Below are positions 37,897 to 47,483 of a DNA stretch of 64,000 nucleotides, piece after piece. The notes beneath the pieces were generated by a model. It ran no database searches. It was not told the origin of the DNA and worked only from the letters and a program-made list of their open reading frames with translations. The position numbers and the translations under genes were made by a program. The stretch comes from an uncultured Anaerofilum sp. (lineage in GTDB: Bacteria; Bacillota; Clostridia; Oscillospirales; Ruminococcaceae): contig CALWZD010000070.1 of the NCBI GenBank assembly GCA_944385945.1, positions 30,605-94,604 on the forward strand, in the 5' to 3' direction. Positions within the stretch are counted from its first letter, which is position 1. Each line of letters opens with the position of its first letter.

Positions 37897-38976
37897 ATGA
37901 AAAAAATTGTTTCGATGCTTTTAGCATTGTGCATGATGGCAAGCTTTGCAGCCTGCGGAGCAGCGTCTTCCTCGCAAAGTACCAGCCAAAGCGACAGCAG
38001 CCAGCCTGAAAGCAGCCAGCCCGAAAGCAGTTCGGCTGTACAGAGCAGTTCCACCCGGCAGGATGACGAGCGGCAAAAACTGACCTTTCGAATCGCCGGT
38101 ATGAAAGGCCCCACCACGATGGGAATGGTACAGTTGATGAACGAATCCGAACTGGGAAGATCCTACGACAGCTATCAGACCAAGGTATACGCAACTGCAC
38201 AGGAAATCCTCCCGTTGCTGTTACAGGGCGAAGTAGACGTTGCTTTGCTGCCTGCCAATGTAGCAAGCAGTGTGTACAATCAAACACAGGGCAAGATCCA
38301 AGTCGCTGCCATCAACACATTGGGCGTTTTGTATGTGCTTGAAAACGGCGAGAGCATTCAGAGCATTCAAGACCTGAAAGGAAAAACGATTTATTCCACC
38401 GGTAAAGGAAATACACCGGAGTATACACTCAATTATATCCTTACCCAGAACGGCATCGACCCCACCACCGATGTGACCATTGAGTATAAGAGCGAGGCGA
38501 CCGAGGTCGCAACCTTGTTGGCACAGGAGGGAAGCGGTGCGATCGCTGTGTTACCGCAGCCCTATGTTACCACCGCAATGGCACAAAATGCCGACCTGCG
38601 GGTGGCACTGGATTTGACCGAAGAATGGGATAAGGTGAGCACCGACAGCACTTTGGTGACCGGTGTACTGGTAGCGAACAAAGAGTTCATCGAAAGCCAT
38701 CCCGAGGAGTTTGACATTTTCCTGCAATCCTACAAAGAGAGCATCGAATATGTCAACGAATACCCCGCCGAGGCTTCGGAGTTTGTTGTGCAATATGAGA
38801 TTTTGGCAAATGCCACCATTGCCATGCAGGCATTGCCCGAATGCAACATCACATATATTGACGGCACAGAGATGAAAGACACCCTTTCGGGATATTTACA
38901 GGTGCTGATGGAGCAAAATCCGGCTTCCATCGGCGGTGCGATGCCGGCAGATGATTTCTACTATGGTGCTTCATAA
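37897..38976 (+). CDS. NitT/TauT (SsuA-like) ABC substrate-binding lipoprotein
   Basis: Lipobox FAAC, Ser-rich linker, KGPTTMG, INTLGVLY, LPQPY. Confidence 0.88.
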   Translation: MKKIVSMLLALCMMASFAACGAASSSQSTSQSDSSQPESSQPESSSAVQSSSTRQDDERQKLTFRIAGMKGPTTMGMVQLMNESELGRSYDSYQTKVYATAQEILPLLLQGEVDVALLPANVASSVYNQTQGKIQVAAINTLGVLYVLENGESIQSIQDLKGKTIYSTGKGNTPEYTLNYILTQNGIDPTTDVTIEYKSEATEVATLLAQEGSGAIAVLPQPYVTTAMAQNADLRVALDLTEEWDKVSTDSTLVTGVLVANKEFIESHPEEFDIFLQSYKESIEYVNEYPAEASEFVVQYEILANATIAMQALPECNITYIDGTEMKDTLSGYLQVLMEQNPASIGGAMPADDFYYGAS

Positions 38977-39712
38977 AAGATTAAAGCAGCTGTTGGCAGT
39001 TGTGTTTTGGCTGGTGATTTGGCAGCTGGCAGCACAGCGAGTGGGATATGCCATTTTACTGCCAAGCCCTTTGCAAACGTTACAGGCGTTGTTTCGATTG
39101 ATGCCCACCCCTAACTTTTGGTTGCGGGTGGGTATCAGCCTTTTGGGGATTGCACAGGGGTTTTTGCTTGCAGCGTTGCTTGCAGTGCTGTTGGCATCGT
39201 GTGCAAGTGCTTGCGAGGCGGTGAATGTGCTGTTGCAGCCGTTGGTGCTGTTGGCAAAAGCCACCCCTGTCGCTAGCTTTGTCATTCTTGCGTTGATTTG
39301 GATGCCAAGTGCAAAACTGCCCATTTTTATCAGTTTTTTGATGGTCTTTCCGGTATTATATACCGCTGTTTTGCAGGGCATTCGTCAAACCGACCCCCAA
39401 CTGCTTGAGATGGCAAAGGTGTTTCGGATTCCGCTGCATCGTAAAATAAAGGCGATCTATCTCCCGGCGGTCTATCCCTATTTTTACAGCGCAGCGAGTG
39501 TGGCACTGGGGCTGGCGTGGAAAAGCGGCATTGCAGCCGAAGTGATCGGTCTGCCACGCAATACGGTCGGCGAAGCGTTATATCAGGCAAAGGTGCTTTT
39601 GACGACCGACGAAATGTTTGCATGGACAGCCGTGGCAGTGTTGGCGAGTGTAGTGGCAGAACGGGTGGTGCTGTGGCTGCTTGCACTTGGAAACCGTACC
39701 GAGAAAGAATGA
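38951..39712 (+). CDS. NitT/TauT ABC permease
   Basis: LLPSP, ATPVASF, LEMAKVF, WKSGIAAEV. Confidence 0.88.
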   Translation: MISTMVLHKRLKQLLAVVFWLVIWQLAAQRVGYAILLPSPLQTLQALFRLMPTPNFWLRVGISLLGIAQGFLLAALLAVLLASCASACEAVNVLLQPLVLLAKATPVASFVILALIWMPSAKLPIFISFLMVFPVLYTAVLQGIRQTDPQLLEMAKVFRIPLHRKIKAIYLPAVYPYFYSAASVALGLAWKSGIAAEVIGLPRNTVGEALYQAKVLLTTDEMFAWTAVAVLASVVAERVVLWLLALGNRTEKE

Positions 39713-39720
39713 TTGGAAAA

Positions 39721-40323
39721 ATGCAGATAACGATTCGACAACTTGAAAAATCTTACGCCGGACAATCGGTGCTGTGTGGGTTGGATGCTACATTTACGCT
39801 GGGAGAAAGATATGCACTGATGGGCAGATCCGGCTGCGGAAAAACGACTTTTCTGCGCATTTTGATGGGATTGGAACGGCAAGATGCCGGTAGCATCGAC
39901 GGAATGCAAAACCTGCGCCTGTCGGCGGTGTTTCAGCAAGTTCGGCTTTGTCCGTCCTTGACTGCTTTGGAAAATGTACTGCTTGTAGCAGAAAAAAGCT
40001 CTGCCACAAAGCAACGGGCAGAGCTTTTTTTGGAACGGCTTGGCTTAGATGACTTCGCCCGCAAAAAGCGGGTGGATAAATTATCGGGTGGACAACAGCA
40101 GCGTGTAGCCATCGTGCGGGCACTCATGGTACCGTTCGACCTGTTGATTTTGGACGAGGCGTTCAAAGGTCTGGATGAGTCTACCCGTGCCGATGCGATC
40201 GCATTGATCGACGAATGTTTGCAGGGGAGAACATTGCTTGCTGTTACCCACGATGCAGCGGAACTTCCGCTTTTGAAAGCACAGCTTTTGCCGCTGTTCC
40301 AGAAATCTGTGGAAAACGGTTAA
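39721..40323 (+). CDS. ABC transporter ATP-binding protein
   Basis: [26 protein letters not shown]. Confidence 0.9.
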   Translation: MQITIRQLEKSYAGQSVLCGLDATFTLGERYALMGRSGCGKTTFLRILMGLERQDAGSIDGMQNLRLSAVFQQVRLCPSLTALENVLLVAEKSSATKQRAELFLERLGLDDFARKKRVDKLSGGQQQRVAIVRALMVPFDLLILDEAFKGLDESTRADAIALIDECLQGRTLLAVTHDAAELPLLKAQLLPLFQKSVENG

Positions 40324-41393
40324 AATCCGATTTTTTCGGCGACCTGTTGTGTGATTTTCTCTACCTTACCAAAATCTGCGGCACTGCGATAAAAAGCCTC
40401 TAATTGGTCATGAGTCGATTTTGCCTGTCGCTGATATTCGGAAGTCTGGCGCAGCAGTTCTTCCACTGTTTGACGGGAAAGGCGCAGTCGGTTTTTGTGG
40501 CAGGCAAGGGCAGATTTATCGCTGAAACGGGAACAATGCACGGTTTGTTGCTGTTCGAATTGCATGGGATGCCAGCGGTTGGAGGTTACGAAAGCAAGTC
40601 CCAGCGAGGGAATGAGCAGATGTTCTGCCGTTTCGGATTGGGAAAGCGGACACAGGCAGGTGTAGATCTCATACCCTGCTTGCAGGGCTGCATTGCGCAA
40701 AATGGAGATCGCTTTTTGGGCAGCAGCTCCCTGTTCATCCTCAAAAACAATGATTTTATCGGCAGCTGCGACGATACTGTTGCGGTAACATACCACTCCT
40801 TTTGGGGTAACGGCACTGAGCAAGCGAAGATGCTCTTTGCCGGTTTTTCCTGTTGAGGGCAAAAGCCGTTGCGCCAAATGTTCGGTATAGCCAGACAATT
40901 TTTTGTGATCCAGTGCCGAAAGTGCGATCATCTGTTGCTCATGCAGCAGTAAGCTTGCCGAGCTGATACAGCGGTTTGCGCTTTTTTGCAGTTCGCTGCA
41001 TCGGTCGAACAGTTGGATGATTTCGGTGCTGTGTTCTTTTAAAATCTGATCGTCCAGTGTATCGAACAGACTGACCACCGTTTGCTTGGCTCCGGGATAA
41101 TTGGGTTCTACAATGTGTGGTGCAGTTGCATCAATAATTGCTGCGTTATTTTTTGGGAAAATTACGCCGTCCAAACTGTCGGGGTCGGACGAGCAATGCA
41201 GCCGTTCGACATACTGCCCCGAGCGTTCTGCCAAACGCTTCATCATGGTCGATTTTCCACAGCCGGGACCGGCTTTGATGAGGTACATCCACAGGTCAGG
41301 CTGTTGGTCGAGATGATGAAAATATCCCCGAAATCCGCCTGCGGGAGAAAGCGCACCCATAAAAAAATCCATCGAATTTTTGGTTTCTACCAT
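40320..41393 (-). CDS. P-loop ATPase, PRK06851-like (putatively sporulation-associated)
   Basis: GPGCGKST, HCSSDPDSLDGV, DATAPH; sigmaK-like promoter upstream. Confidence 0.8.
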   Translation of the reverse strand: MVETKNSMDFFMGALSPAGGFRGYFHHLDQQPDLWMYLIKAGPGCGKSTMMKRLAERSGQYVERLHCSSDPDSLDGVIFPKNNAAIIDATAPHIVEPNYPGAKQTVVSLFDTLDDQILKEHSTEIIQLFDRCSELQKSANRCISSASLLLHEQQMIALSALDHKKLSGYTEHLAQRLLPSTGKTGKEHLRLLSAVTPKGVVCYRNSIVAAADKIIVFEDEQGAAAQKAISILRNAALQAGYEIYTCLCPLSQSETAEHLLIPSLGLAFVTSNRWHPMQFEQQQTVHCSRFSDKSALACHKNRLRLSRQTVEELLRQTSEYQRQAKSTHDQLEAFYRSAADFGKVEKITQQVAEKIGF

Positions 41394-41416
41394 AAAAAAC
41401 ACCCCTTTCATGGCTT

Positions 41417-41444
41417 ATTGTATGCCAAAAGGGGTGTTTTGGTG
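41417..41444 (-). promoter_or_regulatory. sigmaK-type promoter
   Basis: CACC-N16-CATACAAT on the minus strand. Confidence 0.55.
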
Positions 41445-41462
41445 CCAAAAGGGAAAATTGCT

Positions 41463-42536
41463 TTAATCCAAAAGCTCACACAAAATGGTGTTTTGAATCA
41501 ACATTCCCTGCGGTGTGAGCGCAACACCATCGTCGCTTAGCACAGCAAGCCCGTGCTGTTGACACTGGCGCAAAAAAGGCATCTTTTTTGTAAGGCTTGC
41601 CCCAAATCGTTGTTCCAGTTGCGAAAAACGCAGACCGCTGTTTAATCGAAGTTGCAGCATAACAAAATCTTCGGCACTGCATACGCCGGTCTGTTCCCAA
41701 TCCGAACTGCCCTCGATAAAGGCAGAGGTATCCCGTCCGAATGCGTACCGAATCCCGTTCATGCAGCTGTGTGCAGCCGGCCCAATGCCCAGATAGTCGT
41801 CGCAATTCCAGTAAAGCAGATTGTGACGGCTTTCTTTTTGCGGTAGGGAAAAGTTGGAAATCTCGTATTGTTTATACCCCGCTTGTTCAAGCTGTTCGAC
41901 CGAGTACAGGTAAAACTCGGCAGCGGCATCTTCATCGGGAAGGTCGGTGGGGGGATTGGAAAAAAAGGGAGTGTTTGGTTCGATTTTTAGCAGGTAACTG
42001 GAAATGTGGCTGACCCCGCCTTCTTTCATCAGCTGCAAGGTTTGGTCGAACTCCTGCGTGGTGTAGCCGCCGAGTGCAAGCATAATATCGCCGCTAATGT
42101 TGGAAAAACCTGCCTGATGTGCAAACTGCAACACCTGACGGCTTTGCTGTACCGTATGCACCCGCCCCAATCGGCGCAGACTTTGCTCGGATGCAGTCTG
42201 GATGCCCACCGAAAGGCGGTTGGCACCTGCGGCTCGAAATCCCTGCAACTTTGCAAGGTCTACCGTTTCGGGGTTTGCTTCCAAGGTGATCTCGGCATCC
42301 GAAAGCGGATCGACGGCATCAATCAGCTGACAAAGCTGCTGAGGGCTGAGCAGGCTGGGGGTACCTCCGCCAAAATAAAGAGTATCGGGACGAGCGGGTG
42401 AAAATGCGGCGATTTGGCGCAAAACAGCCTGCACGTATTCGTCGGGAACTGTCCGGCTGGCACCTTGCGAATGAAAGTCGCAGTAGCGGCATTTCGACAT
42501 ACAATAAGGGATGTGGATATAAATTCCAAACGGCAT
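41463..42536 (-). CDS. hemW: Radical SAM heme chaperone HemW
   Basis: YIHIPYCMSKCRYCDF, FGGGTPS, YEISNF, HNLLYW. Confidence 0.92.
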   Translation of the reverse strand: MPFGIYIHIPYCMSKCRYCDFHSQGASRTVPDEYVQAVLRQIAAFSPARPDTLYFGGGTPSLLSPQQLCQLIDAVDPLSDAEITLEANPETVDLAKLQGFRAAGANRLSVGIQTASEQSLRRLGRVHTVQQSRQVLQFAHQAGFSNISGDIMLALGGYTTQEFDQTLQLMKEGGVSHISSYLLKIEPNTPFFSNPPTDLPDEDAAAEFYLYSVEQLEQAGYKQYEISNFSLPQKESRHNLLYWNCDDYLGIGPAAHSCMNGIRYAFGRDTSAFIEGSSDWEQTGVCSAEDFVMLQLRLNSGLRFSQLEQRFGASLTKKMPFLRQCQQHGLAVLSDDGVALTPQGMLIQNTILCELLD

Positions 42537-42751
42537 TTAAAAACCGTCCTTTCTTACAAAGTGGATAGTGCTATTGTACCACCTTTTCACAAAATTGTCA
42601 TTGCACACGGGGTTTTAACAGGATTTTCATGTACATTGCACAGAGGGTATGCTATAATATTCTTGGAAATAATTGAAATGGATAAAGCTGGATTTCGTTT
42701 ATATTACAAAAGATTTTATTGATTGAACGACGATAAAGGATGAAGTGAGCA

Positions 42752-43210
42752 ATGAATATTTTGTTTTTTTTAACCCCGAAACAGGACGTCGCTTTTATTT
42801 ACGACGACTTCAGCATTCGGCAAACGTTGGAAAAAATGGAGCATCACCGTTACTCCTCGATTCCCATTCTCAATCGAAAAGGAGAGTACATCGGAACCAT
42901 CACAGAGGGCGATCTGCTGTGGGGGATCAAAAATGCATACAATCTCTCGCTTGAGCAAGCCGAGGATATGCCGGTGATTCGATTGCCCCGCAAACGGGAC
43001 AATCAGCCTGTACGGGTCGATACCACGATGGATGAACTGGTGACCGCTTCGATGCAGCAGAACTTTGTGCCGGTGATCGACGATAAAAACAGTTTCATCG
43101 GCATCATCAAGCGCAAAGACATTATCCAGTATTGCTATGACCGTTACAAAAAGGAAAATCCCCTCGAAGTCCGCCGCAGGAACACTTTGCAGGCACGGGG
43201 CATATCCTGA
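42752..43210 (+). CDS. CBS domain protein
   Basis: MNILFFLTPK, YSSIPIL, GTITEGD, FVPVIDD. Confidence 0.9.
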   Translation: MNILFFLTPKQDVAFIYDDFSIRQTLEKMEHHRYSSIPILNRKGEYIGTITEGDLLWGIKNAYNLSLEQAEDMPVIRLPRKRDNQPVRVDTTMDELVTASMQQNFVPVIDDKNSFIGIIKRKDIIQYCYDRYKKENPLEVRRRNTLQARGIS

Positions 43211-43240
43211 TAGCAGCAAAAAAGCAACCAAAAGGAGAGA

Positions 43241-43759
43241 ATGACCATGAATTGGAATAAAGTAGAGCCGGCACAGTTTCAGCACAGCCCCTTTCAGATG
43301 ATCGGGCAGCAATGGATGTTGATTACTGCACAAAAACAGGATGGCACCGTAAATACTATGACCGCCAGCTGGGGCGGTATGGGCGTTTTGTGGGGCAAAA
43401 ATGTAGTGTTTGCATTTATCCGTCCGCAGCGGTATACAAAAGAGTTTGTGGACGAGGCACAGCGTTTTACTTTGACCTTTTTTGACGAGAAGTATAAAAA
43501 AGACTTGGGGTATCTTGGCAAGGTGAGCGGTCGCAACGAAAACAAGATCGAAACGGTCGGCTTTTCGGTGGAGCAGCTGGACGGTGCACCTGTTTTCGAA
43601 CAGGCACAAACAGCCATCGTTTGCCGTACGCTGTATACGCAAACGCTGAACCCTGCCAATTTCCATGTTGCGGATCTGGACGAGAAATGGTATCCCGACC
43701 ACGATTACCACACAGTGTATGTTGCAGAGATCGAGGGCATTTACACAAAGGCGGAATAA
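43241..43759 (+). CDS. Flavin reductase family protein
   Basis: NTMTASWGG, RPQRYT, SGRNENK, DYHTVY. Confidence 0.88.
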   Translation: MTMNWNKVEPAQFQHSPFQMIGQQWMLITAQKQDGTVNTMTASWGGMGVLWGKNVVFAFIRPQRYTKEFVDEAQRFTLTFFDEKYKKDLGYLGKVSGRNENKIETVGFSVEQLDGAPVFEQAQTAIVCRTLYTQTLNPANFHVADLDEKWYPDHDYHTVYVAEIEGIYTKAE

Positions 43760-43927
43760 TTGCGGCGTGACGGCAACAGGTCGTTGCGGAATGCTTGACA
43801 ATCCTGCCGAAAAAGGGATATTATAAAAAATACGAGTAGAGGCATATCCCGACAAGGATGTGTACAAAAAGGCGGTGGGTATCGCTTGAGCAAGCGTACG
43901 ACCCACCGCCCAAGTTTTGGGGGAATT

Positions 43928-45262
43928 ATGGCAACAGGAACGCAGGATCTAACACAGGGGAATATTTGGAAGCAGATTTTCATCTATGCGATGCCGATGG
44001 TGGTTTCCAGCCTTTTGCAGGCACTGTATAATATTGTAGATACGATAATCGTAGGGCAATTCGTGGGCAGTGTAGGAATTTCGGCGGTGAACAACTCGGG
44101 GCAGATCTTGACGTTGGTCACAAAAGTGGCGATCGGTCTGACCACCGGCGGAAATATCATCATTGGGCAGTATTTCGGCGCAAAACAAAATGAAAAGCGA
44201 GATCAGGCAAGCGGTACACTGTTTACCTTGTCGATGGCATTGGGTGTTGCAGTCGCACTGGCAATGTATTTTTGTGCGGTGCCGTTGCTTACGGTTTTGG
44301 GTGCGCCCAGTATGCAAGAGGCGGTACAATATCTGCAAATTTGTGCGGTCGGTATGATTCCGGTGTTTGGGTATAATGCATTGGCAGCCGTATTGCGTGG
44401 TGTTGGAAATTCGAAAACACCGCTCAACCTCATTTTGATATCTACCGTCGCCAATCTTGTACTGGACGTTTTGTTTGTAGGCCCGTTGCAGATGGGTGTG
44501 GCAGGTGCTGCGCTTGCAACTACCCTTTCGCAGTTTTTGTGCTTTGCGCTGGCTTGGGCCGCTTTGGCAAAAAAACAGGGATTGATGAAGTTTACTCCGT
44601 CATTTTTGAAGATTCGGCTGGCGATGCTCAAGATGATTTTGCGCCTTGGTGTGCCGAGTGCGTTGCAGATGACCATTGCCGGTTTCAGTTGGTTGGTAGT
44701 GACTTTTTTAATCAATCAATATGGGTTGGATGTGTCGGCAGGAAACGGGGTGAGCATCCGTATCAAGGATTTGTGTCAGCTGTTTATTTCGGCGATGGCA
44801 AGCGGTGCTACCAGTATGATCGCACAAAATTTGGGTGCGTGTAAGTTTGACCGTGCAAAGAAAATCATGTATTCTACTATGAAAATCACCTGCATCATGG
44901 CGGTGGCTTCGATCGTGCTGGTTCAGTTGACTGCGCCATTGTTGGCGGCGATGTTCAGCAGTGAGCAAGCAGTAATTGATGCAGCGGTGCTGAATTTACG
45001 CATTGAGATTTTTGGGCAGATTTTCTATGCGATTTTTATGGTGTATCATTCGCTGGCGATCGGTGCAGGGCATTCTACTTTTGCGATGCTGTCGAGTTTT
45101 TGCAACTGTATTATTTTCAGGGTCGTGCTGGCATTTACATTCAATCATTTCTTTGGGTTGACGGGGTTGTACCTTGCCTGTGCGATCGCACCTTCGATTT
45201 CGGTGCCGCTTGGATGGCTGTACACAAAAAGCAATGCTTGGCGCAGGAGTTTGGCAAAATAA
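43928..45262 (+). CDS. MATE family efflux transporter
   Basis: DLTQGNI, YNIVDTIIVGQ, RGVGNSKTPL, GVAGAALAT; about 12 TM. Confidence 0.93.
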   Translation: MATGTQDLTQGNIWKQIFIYAMPMVVSSLLQALYNIVDTIIVGQFVGSVGISAVNNSGQILTLVTKVAIGLTTGGNIIIGQYFGAKQNEKRDQASGTLFTLSMALGVAVALAMYFCAVPLLTVLGAPSMQEAVQYLQICAVGMIPVFGYNALAAVLRGVGNSKTPLNLILISTVANLVLDVLFVGPLQMGVAGAALATTLSQFLCFALAWAALAKKQGLMKFTPSFLKIRLAMLKMILRLGVPSALQMTIAGFSWLVVTFLINQYGLDVSAGNGVSIRIKDLCQLFISAMASGATSMIAQNLGACKFDRAKKIMYSTMKITCIMAVASIVLVQLTAPLLAAMFSSEQAVIDAAVLNLRIEIFGQIFYAIFMVYHSLAIGAGHSTFAMLSSFCNCIIFRVVLAFTFNHFFGLTGLYLACAIAPSISVPLGWLYTKSNAWRRSLAK

Positions 45263-45265
45263 GAG

Positions 45266-45322
45266 CCACTTTTTGAAAAAAGTGGACAAAAACCCCACCT
45301 TTTGAAAAAGGTGGACGAAAAC
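45266..45322. repeat. Tandem 28-bp palindromic repeat (2 units)
   Basis: CCACTTTTTGAAAAAAGTGGACAAAAAC and CCACCTTTTGAAAAAGGTGGACGAAAAC. Confidence 0.8.
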
Positions 45323-45372
45323 TTTCAACGACAAAAGGCAGGTCGAGCGACCTGCCTTTTGTTTGTATGGAT

Positions 45373-45804
45373 TTAGATGAGGGGGATTTTTCTATCCAGC
45401 AGTGTAGAAAGGATGATTTGAGTACTGGTCTGACCGAATTTTTGGAATTGGTTGATGAGATGTTCCAATTCGGACATATCACTACAGCATACTTTCACAT
45501 TATAGCTGTGGCTGCCGGTGACATGGTCGCATTGCTGCACGGCGGGAAGTTTTTGGATCAGCTCCAAAAAGGTGTCTTTGTCGCTGGGCAGCATCGAAAG
45601 GCTGATGAGTGCATGGATCTTGTTTTTTTCGCTGTCGGGTGACAGTACCAGTGTGTAGCCTGCGATGATGCCCTCCTCCTCCATTTTTCGGATACGTCCC
45701 GAAACGGCAGGGCTGGTGAGCGACACCTTTTGTGCAATTTCTTTTACCGGCATACGGGCATTTTGAGATAAAAACAATAAGATTTGGCGATCGATCATAT
45801 CCAT
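45373..45804 (-). CDS. Lrp/AsnC family transcriptional regulator
   Basis: MDMIDRQIL..NARMP..IAQKVSLTSPAVSGRIRKMEEEGII, VTGSHSY. Confidence 0.93.
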   Translation of the reverse strand: MDMIDRQILLFLSQNARMPVKEIAQKVSLTSPAVSGRIRKMEEEGIIAGYTLVLSPDSEKNKIHALISLSMLPSDKDTFLELIQKLPAVQQCDHVTGSHSYNVKVCCSDMSELEHLINQFQKFGQTSTQIILSTLLDRKIPLI

Positions 45805-46008
45805 AAAACGCACCTCCTGAAAATTGTTTAAAAAATTAAATGTTTTTTAGTGACGGACAAAAAATGCTTTCAAAGAGAAAAAACAAAATTCGAAAAGAGA
45901 AAAAGTTGTTTTTTAAATAAAGAATTTGTATATAATATATTTAAAAAGTAAAGGTAAACACTTAAAAAAGTAGATTGACTTTTGAAAAAAATGTAGTATA
46001 CTTATCCT

Positions 46009-46118
46009 TGCACGGCTAAGGCTGTGCCATAAATATGCTATTCTCTTTTATTTATTATACTTTCCCACCCCTCTATGCAAGAGAGCCTGCCGCCAAGCTG
46101 GCTCTTTTGCTCTTTTTT
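46009..46118 (+). ncRNA. Candidate trans-acting sRNA with a C-rich single-stranded seed
   Basis: TTGACT-16-TATACT promoter, 5' hairpin, CTTTCCCACCCCTCT, terminator with U-tract; no RBS-led ORF. Confidence 0.55.
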
Positions 46119-46223
46119 ACTCTTTTTACAATACACGCAAAAACCGCACAACGCCGCCGGAGAAGATACCGGCTGCATTGTGCGGTTTTTTGCCGGAATC
46201 ATCAAGCCGGTCACTTATTTACA

Positions 46224-47483
46224 TTAAATAAAATATGGTTCGTATAAATACAGGTCGCTGCTTTTTACGATACCTTCCAAATAAAGCCCGTTTTCACGGT
46301 ATTCCTCAAGATTTACACTGCCACGCTGTCGCATCGGTGCAGCAAGCGAAAGTTGGTCATAGGGCAACAGCACTTTTACCGCACGCATCCGGTCGGAAAG
46401 GCGACGGTCGAGTTCGGCAAGCAGTTCGGCAAGCCCAAAGCCTGTTTTTGCACTGGTTAAAAAGACGTCGGGATAAAAGGCACTGGCAGCTGCGTCGCAC
46501 TTATTGTATACCACCAACTGAGGAATGTCATCACAGCCGAGTTCATGCAGCACCTCATCGGTTACTTGCAGCTGTTCTTCCCGTTCGGGGTCACTTGCAT
46601 CGGCGACCTTTATAATAATATCGGAATAAGCCGTTTCCTCCAGCGTGCTTTGAAACGCTTGTACCAAATGGTGTGGCAAGCGGCTTACAAATCCAACGGT
46701 GTCCACCATTACGACGTTCAGCCCACTGGGAAGCGTAAGTTTGCGAGCGGTGGGGTCGAGTGTGGCAAACAGCATATTTGCTTCCAGTACTTCTGCACCG
46801 CAGAGTTTGTTGAGTAGGCTGGATTTGCCTACATTGGTGTAGCCTACCAAAGAAATGACAGGCACACCGCTCTTTTGCCTTGCACGTCGGTTTTCGCCAC
46901 GTCGAGCCTCCAATTCTTTCAAGCGTTGAGCAAGGGCGTCGATGCGTCTGCGAAGATGACGGCGGTCATATTCCAACTTGCTTTCGCCGGCACCACGTCT
47001 TGCGCCGCCACCGCCCCCACCGCCACCGCCTTGACGGGACAGGCTTTGTCCCAGACCTGTTAGGCGGGGAAGCCGATAGCGCAAAGTGGCAAGTTCGGTT
47101 TGCAATTTGCCTTCATTCGTCACAGCACGGCTGGAAAAAATCTCCAGAATAAGCATCGTGCGGTCGATGACTTCCACTTCCAGTGCTTGCTCCAGATTGC
47201 GGATCTGGCTGCCCGAAAGTTCGCCGTCAAAAATCACGGTTTCCACAGCCAAGTTTTGGCAGTATAGCTTTGCCTCGGCAACTTTGCCTTCGCCCACAAC
47301 AGTGGCAACGTCGATGGCATCCCGTTTTTGCACCAGTTGTGCTACCACTTCCATGTGGTTGGCATCTGCCAAAGCGGAAAGTTCCTGCATACTGCGCTCG
47401 GCGTCAAATTTTCCAAGATCGGCACCAAGCAGCAGAACCTTTACAGGTGGGCGTTGTTGTTCGATATTTTTTTGTTCGGTCAT
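46224..47483 (-). CDS. hflX: GTPase HflX
   Basis: IDRTMLILEIF, GYTNVGKSS, LFATLDPT, DTVGF, NKCD. Confidence 0.96.
   Translation of the reverse strand: MTEQKNIEQQRPPVKVLLLGADLGKFDAERSMQELSALADANHMEVVAQLVQKRDAIDVATVVGEGKVAEAKLYCQNLAVETVIFDGELSGSQIRNLEQALEVEVIDRTMLILEIFSSRAVTNEGKLQTELATLRYRLPRLTGLGQSLSRQGGGGGGGGGARRGAGESKLEYDRRHLRRRIDALAQRLKELEARRGENRRARQKSGVPVISLVGYTNVGKSSLLNKLCGAEVLEANMLFATLDPTARKLTLPSGLNVVMVDTVGFVSRLPHHLVQAFQSTLEETAYSDIIIKVADASDPEREEQLQVTDEVLHELGCDDIPQLVVYNKCDAAASAFYPDVFLTSAKTGFGLAELLAELDRRLSDRMRAVKVLLPYDQLSLAAPMRQRGSVNLEEYRENGLYLEGIVKSSDLYLYEPYFI

Noticed and set aside
45266-45322. Possible CRISPR repeats
   Set aside because: Only two adjacent units, no spacer, and no cas genes in the window
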